A stretch of DNA of 40,000 nt from NCBI GenBank assembly GCA_965263355.1, contig CBDHHL010000056.1:882241-922240 (forward strand), written 5' to 3'. Position 1 is the stretch's first letter. Every line of letters starts with the position of its first letter. Below the pieces are notes generated by a model that searched no databases, was not told where the DNA came from, and saw only the letters and a program-made list of their open reading frames with translations. Both the position numbers and the translations under genes were made by a program. Origin of the DNA: Leptolyngbyaceae cyanobacterium (lineage in GTDB: Bacteria; Cyanobacteriota; Cyanobacteriia; Phormidesmidales; Phormidesmidaceae). Below are positions 1 through 12,000 of this stretch, piece after piece.

Positions 1-1962
1 TTAAGTTGGATAATCTCCAACAATCATCCTATAAAAGTCATTATTTTTCCCAAGTTCAATGGCTCCTTCATATGACAAGTGCCCAGCATCTCTATATAAT
101 AGGGCTGAATCAAGGTGGGTTTGACATCGCAATGAATTGCATGTCAGTTTATCGACACGGACAACACGATAATTATCCTTGATAATATCTAACAAATCAT
201 AGGCTCTTAAGCGACTAAATCGCATCTCATCCACAGCGAAATCGCACGCATCTAAGTCTATTCCCATCCATGCGGCGTGTTCTAAGCAGTGACCTAAATC
301 ATTGCCATTGGAAGCTGGGGGAGAAAAGACGACAGGAGTGATTCCCATTATTTCTAGCTCATTAAGTGTATTGGTTAACTCTTTGAGAGCAATCTGAAAA
401 CCAGCATTCAAAAACTCTCCATTGCGAGACAGAAGGGTACTATTTTCTGATAAAAATCTATTATCTAAAGGGGAGGATAGTACGGCATACTTAACTGTAT
501 TGTTTGTTTTTAACCAGTCACGAACTTTGCCGGAAAAATCAAGGCATCCTTCAGACCAGCTGATAGTCTGGTCCGGTGGCTCGAAAGATGCAATATCAAA
601 AAAAGGAGAACAGACTCTTTTAGTCATCTGAATGATTTTTGCATCGGGATTAGATGCCATAATCGCTGGCACTAAATGCATTGCAAACGAGTCTCCCCAA
701 ACGACAATTTCTGGCTGATCACTTGTCCTACAATCAGGCGACAGTGTGAAAGAATTGTCACAAACATTACTCAATCCGGAACTGAGTTCTCGATTGTTTA
801 CCATGGCTTGATTAGAGGGCCCCCTATGGGTGATTCGGGCACTGAACCCACCCGTAATGTCGCCAGCCCACCCTAACAAAGCCAACAGTAACAGTCCAGC
901 GATCGCCAATGAAGTCACTATTTTTGTTTCTACACTTTTTCTAAATGGCGTTTCTACATACTTCCAGCTCAAATAGGCGAGGGGAAATAGCAGTACAACC
1001 AATCCAGCTAACAGTAAACTATTAGGCTCAGTTAAACTTCGATGCCTAGCAAACGCAAAAATAGAATGATGCCAAAGATACAAACTATAGCTAATTAAAC
1101 CAATCCCGACCAATATGTTCGTTCCGAGCAATTGACCAACTAAGGTCTCTGATGAAGAAAATAAAATAATAAGCCCTGCTCCGACCGTTGGTATTAAAGC
1201 ATGGAAACTAGGAAACGGAGTAGCATGATTAAACGCATAGATCGAATATCCAATCATCAGTAGACCAATCAAGCTTATGACTTCATTGATAGCTCTACGA
1301 TCAAATAGAAGAGTAAATCTGGATCTTCCATATAAAAGCAAAAATGCAATAATTGCACCAATGGCAAACTCCCAGGCTCTTGTTGGCAGAATGAAGAAGT
1401 TTGCTGAAGGATGGTGAAATGCTTCCCACTGTGATAGACCTAGACTTGTAAGCGCGATGAGCATCAAGGACGTAAATATCCAACGCTTCTGTAAGCGCCA
1501 CATTAGAAGTAGAAACAGTGGAAAGAGAAGATAGTATTGTTCTTCAATGGCTAAACTCCAAGTATGTAAAAGTGGCTTAAATTCATTGCTTGTTTCCCAA
1601 TATCCTGTTTCTTGCCAGAAAAAAATATTTGAAGCAAATATAGAAACTGCTATCAGGCTACGGGAAAAGGCTTTCATGTCCCATTCTGGTAGCCAAAACC
1701 AGGCAAAAATTAGGGAAGCAAGCGTTACTAAGAATAGTGCAGGGAAAATACGCCTGATCCGTCGCTCATAGAAGTTGAGTAAGGAAAACGTGCCCTGCTC
1801 TTTCTCAGTAAAAATTATGGTTGTAATCAGATAACCACTGATAACAAAAAAGACATCTACTCCAATAAATCCACCTCTAAAATACTGACATCCTGCATGA
1901 AACAAAATTACCGAAATCACCGAAATAGCTCTAAGGCCATCAATTTCAGGACGATATTTCAT
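1..1962 (-). CDS. Membrane acyltransferase family 3 (OafA/YrhL-like) with C-terminal SGNH-type domain
   Basis: Complete 653-aa ORF (ATG at 1960-1962, TAA at 1-3). The N-terminus MKYRPEIDGLRAISVISVILFHAG is the typical AT3 start and is followed by many hydrophobic segments. The C-terminal soluble half carries a GDS block (IVVWGDSFAMH). The gene is visibly AT-richer than the megasynthase genes. Confidence 0.85.
   Translation of the reverse strand: MKYRPEIDGLRAISVISVILFHAGCQYFRGGFIGVDVFFVISGYLITTIIFTEKEQGTFSLLNFYERRIRRIFPALFLVTLASLIFAWFWLPEWDMKAFSRSLIAVSIFASNIFFWQETGYWETSNEFKPLLHTWSLAIEEQYYLLFPLFLLLMWRLQKRWIFTSLMLIALTSLGLSQWEAFHHPSANFFILPTRAWEFAIGAIIAFLLLYGRSRFTLLFDRRAINEVISLIGLLMIGYSIYAFNHATPFPSFHALIPTVGAGLIILFSSSETLVGQLLGTNILVGIGLISYSLYLWHHSIFAFARHRSLTEPNSLLLAGLVVLLFPLAYLSWKYVETPFRKSVETKIVTSLAIAGLLLLALLGWAGDITGGFSARITHRGPSNQAMVNNRELSSGLSNVCDNSFTLSPDCRTSDQPEIVVWGDSFAMHLVPAIMASNPDAKIIQMTKRVCSPFFDIASFEPPDQTISWSEGCLDFSGKVRDWLKTNNTVKYAVLSSPLDNRFLSENSTLLSRNGEFLNAGFQIALKELTNTLNELEIMGITPVVFSPPASNGNDLGHCLEHAAWMGIDLDACDFAVDEMRFSRLRAYDLLDIIKDNYRVVRVDKLTCNSLRCQTHLDSALLYRDAGHLSYEGAIELGKNNDFYRMIVGDYPT
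899..906. repeat. HIP1 palindrome GCGATCGC
   Basis: Exact 8-mer read at these coordinates. Confidence 0.9.
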
Positions 1963-2119
1963 TTTTTACGCATCAGTAATGGTGAAGTTTATAAATTATA
2001 GATTTCTTATCACTAAACTTAGTTGAAAAAACTTCAATATATTGTAGCCCTGAGCACGATATTTTCTGTCTCCATCCCTAATTAACATGCATTTTTATCA
2101 ACCTGAGAATAAGTGCAAC

Positions 2120-3016
2120 CTATTTCCTCACACTCATCCTCTTAATACCCATCTTCTTAGATACCGGTAAGTTCATTTCTGGAATATATTTCCGCATTAC
2201 GGCATCCAATGCAGTGTCACGCCCTAAAGTCAATTGATAGTAAGTAGATACAGCATCAACATTAGAGTGATTAATGAAGTTTTCCGTTAAGGATATGCCA
2301 GCTTCCAAATTTCTTACCTGGTGCCACCATGAGCTGGGAGTAAATACTACATCACCAGATTCCTGAATACAGCTATACCCCATTGCTTTTTTGAACTTGG
2401 GATAGAGAGTAGCGTTCACATTAAAGCCATCAACTGGACTATTGTAACGATTCACTGGGTAAAGATTTTCAGTCTCATCGCCTGAGTAAAATAGCCAAGC
2501 TTTTTTTCCACTCAAAACAGCATTCCAAGCAGACGTATCTAATACATCACGATGCATCGGTGAACCAGTATTTTTTGCACCAATATACATCCAGCGTAGA
2601 AAGTAATCGTAATCTTTTCTCTTAAGAAGATGTGCAGGGATACGCCTTATCCAGTTTTCAAAATAATCTGGAATATCATAATCATTGATCAGTTCAGGGT
2701 AATCAGAGGCAAACCGCCAGGCAGATAAATAATAAGGACGCTCATCTGTAGTAGTTTGCATATACTCCAAGTAATCAGAGAGTGTAAAAATTTTCTCTTC
2801 TAGCTTGGGCACATGTATCCTAGCAATAACTTGAACCTTACCATAGGTTTGGATAAACTCTGGACTTGTCCATTTTTTATAAGCAACCCATTCCTTCGCA
2901 ATTCCTCGTAGTAATACAGGTTTACCCTTTAAAACATACTGCTCCATGACTGTTTGATAGTCTGGATTGTCTAAAATATCGACAGGCTGTAAGTTATCGT
3001 TTGGAGCTACATTCAT
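2120..3016 (-). CDS. JmjC / cupin-8 family Fe(II)/2-oxoglutarate-dependent oxygenase (putative amino-acid side-chain hydroxylase)
   Basis: 298-aa ORF with ATG 3016 and TAG 2120-2122. It has the JmjC-type facial triad context GSPMHRDVLDTSAWNAVLSGKKAWLFY (H155, D157) and SSWWHQVRNLE (H232). Confidence 0.8.
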   Translation of the reverse strand: MNVAPNDNLQPVDILDNPDYQTVMEQYVLKGKPVLLRGIAKEWVAYKKWTSPEFIQTYGKVQVIARIHVPKLEEKIFTLSDYLEYMQTTTDERPYYLSAWRFASDYPELINDYDIPDYFENWIRRIPAHLLKRKDYDYFLRWMYIGAKNTGSPMHRDVLDTSAWNAVLSGKKAWLFYSGDETENLYPVNRYNSPVDGFNVNATLYPKFKKAMGYSCIQESGDVVFTPSSWWHQVRNLEAGISLTENFINHSNVDAVSTYYQLTLGRDTALDAVMRKYIPEMNLPVSKKMGIKRMSVRK

Positions 3017-3097
3017 AATAAGTGACGGGGCAAAGGAAAAACTGAGGAAGCGAGACGATTTGGTTTGAGAAATTCTTGCGCTATTACTTGAGAATAA

Positions 3098-6000
3098 TCA
3101 ATTGAGGTAGGCTTGGAGCTGTTGTGCTAAAACTTTTACATGCTGAGGATCACGCATCATAGACATGTGGTCTCCAGGTACCCAATCAAAGGTGACTTGC
3201 TGAGCTAAATCATGCCAACCCAATGTTGGGTCATCGGCCTGGTTGGCAACACCATCCTTAGCTTGCAGTAGGACTAATTCTCCGGAATAAGGTTGTGGGA
3301 CATAGGTTTGTGCGGCTTGTTCATGTCCGGTTTGAACTTGAACAATACAATTTAATTGTTCTACCCCAAAGCCTGGGCTCAAGGAGATATTACGTCGCTC
3401 GGCTTCCGAGATAATGTAGGTGAGCTGATCTTCCCAGCTCATCGTGCGTAAGTGGCGATTTAACCCATTGAGTTCATCGGAGGGCAACGCAAGGTGACGA
3501 CCGACGAGTTCAGCTAACAGGTCAGTCGCATCAGGAATTTGATCAACCGCCATCAAGGAGTTCACATCCATAAAAATCAGACGAGGCGGTTGTTCGCCAT
3601 TACGCGTTAGTTGCTGAGCCATTTCCCAGGCAATGGTTCCTCCCAAACACCAACCCGCTAGATGGTAAGGGCCTTCAGGTTGAACTGTTTTGATCACTTG
3701 AAGGTAGTCCTTAGCCATGGTCTCAATGCTATTGTCGGCGGGTTGACCGGGTTCAAAACCGCGTGCTTCTAAACCATAGATGGGACGGTCCTGGCCCAGG
3801 TACGAGACGAGCTTTTGATAGTTCAAAACACTGCCACCACCAGGATGGATCAGGAACAGCGGTGGCAAGGTTCCCTGGGGTTGTAATGGTGTGAGCGGTG
3901 ACCAAGTTGGGGGCTCACTACCCTGTTGGATGGTTTGCTGCAATAGCATGGCCTGCTGTTCAATGGTTGCTCCCTGGAATAGGGTCACCAGGGGTAGGGT
4001 ATGCCCAAGCTTCTCGTGGATACGGGACATTAACGATACGGCCAGGAGAGAATGGCCTCCGAGATCAAAGAAGTCGTCTACGATGCCGATGGATTCTACC
4101 TTGAGTACCTCAGACCAAATCTGGCTGAGCTGTAACTCTAAATGGTTGCGGGGTGCAACAAATAGCCGATCGGATGGAGGCTGATATTCTGGAGCGGGTA
4201 GAGCCTTGCGGTTGATTTTGCCGTTAGGGGTTAATGGTAAGGCATCCAAATATACGAAGGCATTTGGCACCATGTAGTCTGGTAGTTGTTCTTTGAGAAA
4301 CTCTCGTAGGGAGATCGGGGAAATATCTTCATTAGAGGTCACTACGTAGACCACTAACTGCTTATTGCTGGGGTCATCGGCTCGGACGATTGCGATCGCT
4401 TCCCGCACCTGAGGATGTTTCTGAAGTGTAGCTTCCAGTTCACCCAGTTCAATCCGGAACCCTCGCAGCTTAACCTGTTGGTCACGACGTCCCAAGAATT
4501 CTACATTGCCATCTGCTTGATAACGGGCCAGATCGCCAGTGCAGTATAACCGTCCTGGGCCAAAGGGATTGCGGATAAACTTCTCAGCCGTCAGCTGAGG
4601 ACGATGTAAATACCCCAGACTCAGACCCGCGCCCCCAATATATAGGTCTCCAGTCACGCCCACGGGCACGGGCTGCATGGCCGGATCGAGAACATATAGC
4701 TGGGTATTGGCAAAGGGCCGACCAATGGGAACGGCCACATCGGCAGCATTATCATCTCCCTGGAGTTCAAAATAACAGCTATCAATAGTTGCTTCGGTAA
4801 CGCCGTAGGAATTGATCAATCGCGTTTGCTCGCCACAGATGCGGCGGAACTTCTGGTATTCAGCCATGGACCAGAAATCAGAGCCCACCACTAAAACCCT
4901 CATAAAATTAAGGTTTTGGTGGCTGTTTTCCAGGTAGTTAGCCAGTTGTCTAAAGACAGCGGGGACAAATTCTGCACAGTCCACAGCTTCTCGGCAGATC
5001 AGACTGTAAAGCTGTTCGGCATCCAGCAGAATTTCCCGAGGACAGAGCACCAGCTTGGCACCGGAACAGAGGGCTCGTACCCAATCTCCAGTAAATACAT
5101 CAAAGGAGAAGCTGGCCATTTGTAAATGGCTGGAAGTACGCTGCTTGAGCTGGTACGCATCTTCCCAGGCAAAATAGGCGTTTACCAAGCTGCGATGAGC
5201 CACCGCCACCCCCTTGGGTTGGCCCGTTGAGCCAGAGGTGTAGATGACATAGGCACGGCTATCTTGGGCCACGGGTGCCACGGGATTCCCCACGGGGGCA
5301 TGGACAATATCTTGATGGGTATCTAAACAAATCACCTGGGCATCCTGCTGCGGCAGACGATCTAGACCAGATTTTTGCGTAATCAACACCGAGACAGCGG
5401 CATCCTGCAGCATGTAAGCAATACGTTCCTGGGGATACCGAATGTCCAGGGGAAGGTAGGCCGCGCCCACTTTGAGAATGGCTAAGAGACTGACAAGTAG
5501 TGCTGGAGAACGTTCCAGATAGATACCCACCAGGGTGTCGCTACCGACACCCTGGGCCTGAAGAGTATGGGCTAGCTGATTAGCTTGGGCATTTAACGCC
5601 TGATAGGTTAGCGTGTCCCCATTAAAAACAACGGCAATGGCATCTGGCTGGCGTTCAACCTGTTGTTCAAACAGTTGGTGAATACACAAATCTTGGGCAT
5701 AGGTGACCTGGGTGTCGTTCCATGACACCAGGACTTGCTGCCGTTCCGCCTGACTGAGCAAGGGTAGCTGGGTAACCTGTAACTGGGGCTGAGCTAAAAT
5801 TCCAGCTAGAAGAATTTGGAAATGGCGGGTTAGGCGCTCAATAGTGTCTGGCTTGAATAAATCGGTACTGTATTCCCAAATGCCTTCAATGCCAGCCTCA
5901 CTTTCTGTCATGGTGAGGGTGAGGTCAAACATCGCCGTGACAGTTTCAGGCTCCAGGGTGGTCATGGTGAGACCAGGCAACTCTAAGGCCGCATTGGATG

Positions 6001-9000
6001 AGCTGTGCCAGTCAAACATCACCTGAAACAGGGGAGAATGGCTCAGATTACGATCGGGTTGTACCGCCTCGACAACTTGCTCAAAGGGAACATCCTGATG
6101 GCTGTACCCCCCTAAGGCTGACTGCCGCACTTGTTCCAGGAGGTCTGTAAAGGTGAGACTGTCGGTGAGCTGAGATCGCAACGCTAGCGTATTGACAAAA
6201 AAGCCAATCAACCCTTCAATTTCAGACCGGTTACGGTTAGCAATGGGGGTGCCCACGACAATGTCATCTTGACCACTGTAGCGATGCAATAACAGACTAA
6301 AGGCCGCAAACAGCACCATAAATAGAGTTGTTCCTGTGGTCTGAGCCAGTCGTTTGAGCTGTGGACATAGCTCTGGGGAAAGAACAAATGTTTGCTGTTG
6401 TCCCCGATAGGTTTGCTGAGCCGGTCGAGGATAGTCTGTGGGTAACTCCAATAGAGCAGGTGCATCGGTTAGATAGTCCTGCCAGTAGGCCAGTTGCCGT
6501 TGTAGTACATCGCCCTGCAACCACTGGCGCTGCCAATGGGCAAAATCTCTATATTGAAGCGTTAACCCTGGCAATGGTGACGATTGCCCCTGGGTAAAGG
6601 CACTATAAAGTGTTGTTAGCTCCTGAATCAGGATGCCCATGGACCATTCGTCGGCCACAATGTGGTGCATCGTGGCTAACAGAATATGGTCCTCAGCCGC
6701 AACCTTTAACAAAACGGTTCGTAGCAGCGGAGCCTTGGCCAGATCAAAGGGGGTGTGGGCATTCTCCGCTAGCTGCTGCTGAATACGACGCGTCTGTTCA
6801 TTGACCTCCACTGTCTGTAGGTCAACCAGCTCCAGGTCGAGGGACACCGCTGGCTCAATCCACTGCATCGGTGTCCCCCCATGATTGCGAAAATAGGTCC
6901 GCAATATTTCGTGACGTTGCACCAGTTCATCTAGGGCCTGCCCCAGCGATGGGATATCCAACGGTCCCTGGAGTTGAATGGCCAGGGGCATGTTATACGT
7001 CGAATTGGGACCCTCTAGCTGATCTAAAAACCACAATCGTTCCTGGGCCCAGCTGAGGGGCAGTGGCTGGTCAGCGACATGCGGAATCGGAACAATGGGA
7101 GGGGCGACCTGTTCTTGATCGCCGGTTAAAGTGTCGTGAATTAAGGTGGCTAGTTCTGCAGGGGTGGGGGCTTCGAATAGGGCACGGAGAGGAATTTCAG
7201 TCTGAAACGTCTGCCGTAGTCTAGAAACAACCTGAGTTGCCAAAAGAGAATGTCCACCCAATTCAAAGAAACTATCATAAGCACCCACCAATGGTGCCTG
7301 AGTATCCTGGCTAAGAACGATGGCAAAACTATCTGCAATTGCCTGCTCAATGGGAGTCCTTGGAACCACCATATCTGCCGTCTGACTTACGTCTACCGTG
7401 GGGGTTGGCAAAGCACGGCGATCGACTTTGCCATTGGGTGTCAGCGGTAATTTTTCTAAGAATGTAAAGGCTGAAGGCACCATATGGGCCGGTAAGGTCT
7501 GCTTCAAAAACTGTCGCAGGTCCTTCGCAGAGAGGGCAGGCTCGGTTGGCACCACATAGGCTGCCAGATAGCTGGACCCTGGCTGATCGTCCCGAGCCAC
7601 AACAATGGCACCACTGACTTGGGGATGGCCTAATAGGACTGCCTCTAGCTCTCCCAACTCAATCCGGAAGCCCCGAATTTTGACCTGATTATCTGAGCGG
7701 CCTAAAAATTCAATATTGCCATCCGCTCGGTAGCAGGCTAAATCCCCGGTCTTATATAAACGCCCTTCACCAAACGGATTGGGAATAAACCGTTCTGCGG
7801 TGAGATCATCACGGTGTAAATATCCACGGGCTAAGCCTGCTCCACCAATATGCAGTTCGCCCACAACCCCCAAGGGCACAGGCTGCGCCCGTTGATCCAA
7901 CACGTGTAATTGGATATTAGAGAACGGACGACCAATGGGCACCGCCATGTCCTGGGGCCATGCCATGGCAGTATCCCCCGGTGCTTCAAAGTAGCAACTG
8001 TCAATAGTTGCTTCTGTGACACCATAGGAATTGATCAAACGGGTTTGAGGTCCACAAATTTGCCGGAATCGCTGATATTCCCCCATCAGCCAGAAATCAG
8101 ACGCCACTACCAAAACAGTCATAAAGTCCAGGGTCTGTTCTGTAGTATCTAGATAACTCACCAGTTCTCTAAATACAGCGGGGACAAACTCTGCACAATC
8201 CACAGCTTCCCGACACATAAGCTGATACAAGAGCGCAGATTCCAGCAAAATTTCCCGAGGACACAGCACAAGCTTTGCCCCAGAGCAAAGGGCCCGTACC
8301 CAGTCTCCGGTAAATACATCAAAGGAGAAACTGGCCATCTGTAAATGACTGGATGTCTGCTCCCTCAAATGATACGCCGCTTCCCAGGCAAAGTAAGCGT
8401 TGACCAGACTACGATGAGCAACCGCAACCCCCTTTGGTTGACCGGTGGAGCCCGAGGTGTAAATAACGTAGGCCAGATTATCCTTAGTTGTTGATAGGCT
8501 GAGATTCTCAGCAGGATGCTCCAAGCGCTGCTGGTTATCATCGATTAACAGAACAGGGGCATTAGCGTGAGTTACAGACGCGGGGAGCGCATCTAAACAA
8601 GATCGCTGACTAATTAGGACGGTTACTCCTGCATTCTCCAGCATGTAAGCAATGCGCTCTTTGGGATAGCTGCTTTCCAGAGGCAAGTAAGCTCCCCCCG
8701 CTTTTAGGACGGCCAAAACACTGATGAGCAAATCGGGGGAACGCTCCAGGCAAATACCCACCATGGCATCGGGGCCAACCCCAACGGATTGAAGTTCATG
8801 GGCTAACTGGTTTGCTTGCTGATTTAATTGTTGATAGGTTAACGTTCTCTCCCCTGAAACTAGCGCGATGGCCTCGGGGGTGCGCTCAACCTGTTGTTCA
8901 AACAGCTGATGGATACCCTCTGTTGGCGAATAGCTGAGGGTGGTGTCGTTCCAGCTGATAAACTGTTGCCGTTCCGCATCCGTAAGCAATGGAAACTGGC

Positions 9001-12000
9001 TGATATTGGCGGTGGGGTTGGCTAAAATGCCTGCCAACAGGGTCTCAAAATGTTGGGTTAAACGAATAATTGTGGCTTGTTCAAACAGGTCGGTATTGTA
9101 CTCCCAAATACCCACTATCTTTGCGTCTTCCTCAACCATGGTGAGGGTCAGGTCGAACTTAGAGGTGACATCATTGGTATGTACAAAGTTCATCGTCAAC
9201 CCTAATACATCCATGGATCTATTCGCAGCGCTTTCCCAATCAAACATCACCTGGAAGAGCGGCGAGTAGCTCAGGTTACGTTCCGGTCGTAGGGCTTCTA
9301 CCACTTGCTCAAAGGGAACATCCTGATGACCATAGCTACCCAGAGCGCCTTGGCGAATTTGTTCCAAGATATCTAGGAAGGAAAGATTGTTGGAGAATTG
9401 CGATCGCAACACCAACGTATTAACAAAAAAGCCAATTAATTGTTCAACCTCTGTGCGATTACGATTCGCAATGGGGGTCCCAACCGCAATATCCTCCTGA
9501 CCGCTATATCGATGGAGTAAGAGGCTAAACGTAGCAAGCATTACCATAAATGGCGTTGCGCCCGTTGACTCTGCCAGTTGCTTGAAAGGCTGTATCAACT
9601 CCTGAGCCAGAGTGAACTGATAGGTTTGTCCCCGATAGGTTTGCACCGCTGGTCGGGGGTGATCCGTAGGTAGTTCTAGCAGGGGGGGCAAATCGGCCAA
9701 ATAGTCACGCCAATAGTCCAACTGCTGTTGTAAAACCTCATCTCGCAACCACTGCCGTTGCCACTGGGCAAAGTCCGCATACTGAATGGTTAATGGCGGT
9801 AGGGGGGAGGGTTGACCCTGGGCAAAGGCTCGATAAAGGGTCTGTAACTCCCGAATAATGATCTCATCAGACCATGCGTCGGACACAATATGGTGTCGAA
9901 TAATCAACAGAAGATAGGCTTCAGGCGCTTGCTGCACAAGTCTTACCCGTATTAGCGGCGGTGCTGACAAGTCAAAAGGCGTTTGATTTTCCTCAGTAAT
10001 CTGCTGCTGGAGCCGCGTTTCTAACTCAGTAGGGGATACCCCTTGCAGATCCACGAACTGTAACTGAAATGGAACGGTTGGCAGAATAACTTGTATGGGA
10101 GAAGCACTATCCTCGGATTGAAAGCAGGTACGCAGCACTTCATGGCGCTGAATAATTTCCTCAAACGCCTGGTTGAGTGAATCCACATCCAGAGGACCTT
10201 GAACCTGTAAAGCCGTGGACATGTTGTATGTGGTACTGGGACCCTCAAGTTGATTTAGGAACCATAGACGCTCCTGTGCCCAACTTAGGGGTACGGGGGT
10301 ATCTGCATCTCTCGGAATCGGAACAATTGGCGGTGCGGTTTCTACTAACTCCTCGGTTAGCACCTCGTCAATCAGCAAACTTAGCTCCATCACAGTGGGA
10401 GCCTCAAACAGGGTGCGTAGGGGAATCTCCAGTTGAAAGGCCTGTCTGAGCCTAGAAATTGCCTGGGTTGCCAGGAGAGAATTGCCGCCTAGTTCAAAAA
10501 AGTTTTGCTGGATGCTAACCGCATCAAAACCCAGAACATTCGCAAAGATATCAGCCGTTGTCTGTTCTGTTGGATTAGAGGGAGCTACAAAACTTACGTC
10601 GTTCTCAAGCTGCGTCGGTGGTAGTGGGAGGGCACGCTGATCAACTTTGCCATTGGGGGTGAGGGGCAACCCATCAAGCTGCACAAAGGCTGACGGCATC
10701 ATGTAATTTGGCAGCTGGACCTTGAGAAAGTTGCGGAGATCGTTCGGATTAATCTGCTCGTCCGAACTAACGAAATAGGCAACCAATCGCTGGTTGCCGG
10801 GAGTATCTTCTCGAACAATGGCAACACTTTGTTGAATTCGAGGATAGGCCGATACAGCTGCCTCAATTTCCCCAAGTTCGATACGAAACCCCCGAATTTT
10901 GACTTGATTATCAATACGACCTAAAAATTCCAGATTCCCATCTGGAAGATAGCGAGCCAGATCTCCAGTTTTGTAAAGACGCCCAGAATCAAAGGGATTA
11001 TCAATAAATCGCTCGGCAGTTATGTCAGGGCGATTTAAATAACCGCGAGCCAACCCGGCACCGCCCACATGAATTTCTCCAGTAACACCAATGGGTACGG
11101 GCTGTAACTGAGAGTTCAGTAGATAAACCTGAACATTACGAATCGGTTTACCAATTGAGATTTCTTGTGCTTGAGTCGTGTCTGAATCAGGCGGTGTTAG
11201 AAAACAACTGGTAGCAACAATGGTCACTTCTGTGGGACCGTAATTATTAACCAACAGAGGGCGGTCTAATCCGTTCTGACTCCAACGATCAGCAATAGTC
11301 TTGTGCCACCGTCGCACATGTTCTAACCGTGCCTTTTCCCCGCCTAAAATCACTAGCCTTAGGAGCTTGGGGATCTCCCATACAGCCAGTGCTAATTCAT
11401 CAACTAATTGATGCCAGTAGGCAGTAGGCAAATCTAGAATGCTTAGTTGCCACTGCTGGCAGGCTTGCATCAGTCCGGGACCAGACGTTAGGAATTCATC
11501 GGTGCGTAGAATCAGAGTGGCACCACAGGTCAGACCGGTATAGATTTCCTCTGCGGAGGCGTCAAAGCTGATGGAGGCAAATTGGAGAATACGGTCATTT
11601 TCATTGATGCCATATTCGGTACGTAGCGATTGGGAAATCTCTAGCAGGGCTCCATGGGGCGTCATTACCCCCTTGGGTTGTCCGGTTGAACCGGAGGTAT
11701 AAATAATGTAAACGAGATTTTCCAGGCTTACTCCACTGGTGGGATTGTTGGTTGGTTGGGCTGCGATCGCAGCCCAATCTGTATCCAGACAAACAACCTG
11801 TGATTGATGGTCTGGCAAACCAGCTACCAATGATTCCTGAGTCACCAGCACAGATACAGCTGAATCAGAGAGGATATACGCCGAGCGCTCCCTGGGATAA
11901 GTTGGATCTAACGGCACATAAGCCCCACCGGCCTTAAGAATGCCAAAGATACCCACCATCATATTGAGGGAGCGCTCAATAGAAATGCCCACCAGCACAT

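Noticed and set aside
1995-2000. Minus-strand TATAAT hexamer 33-38 nt upstream of the AT3 start codon, as a possible -10 box.
   Set aside because: I found no convincing -35 element at the right spacing, and such hexamers are common in AT-rich intergenic DNA. It is mentioned only as a hint and not annotated as a promoter.
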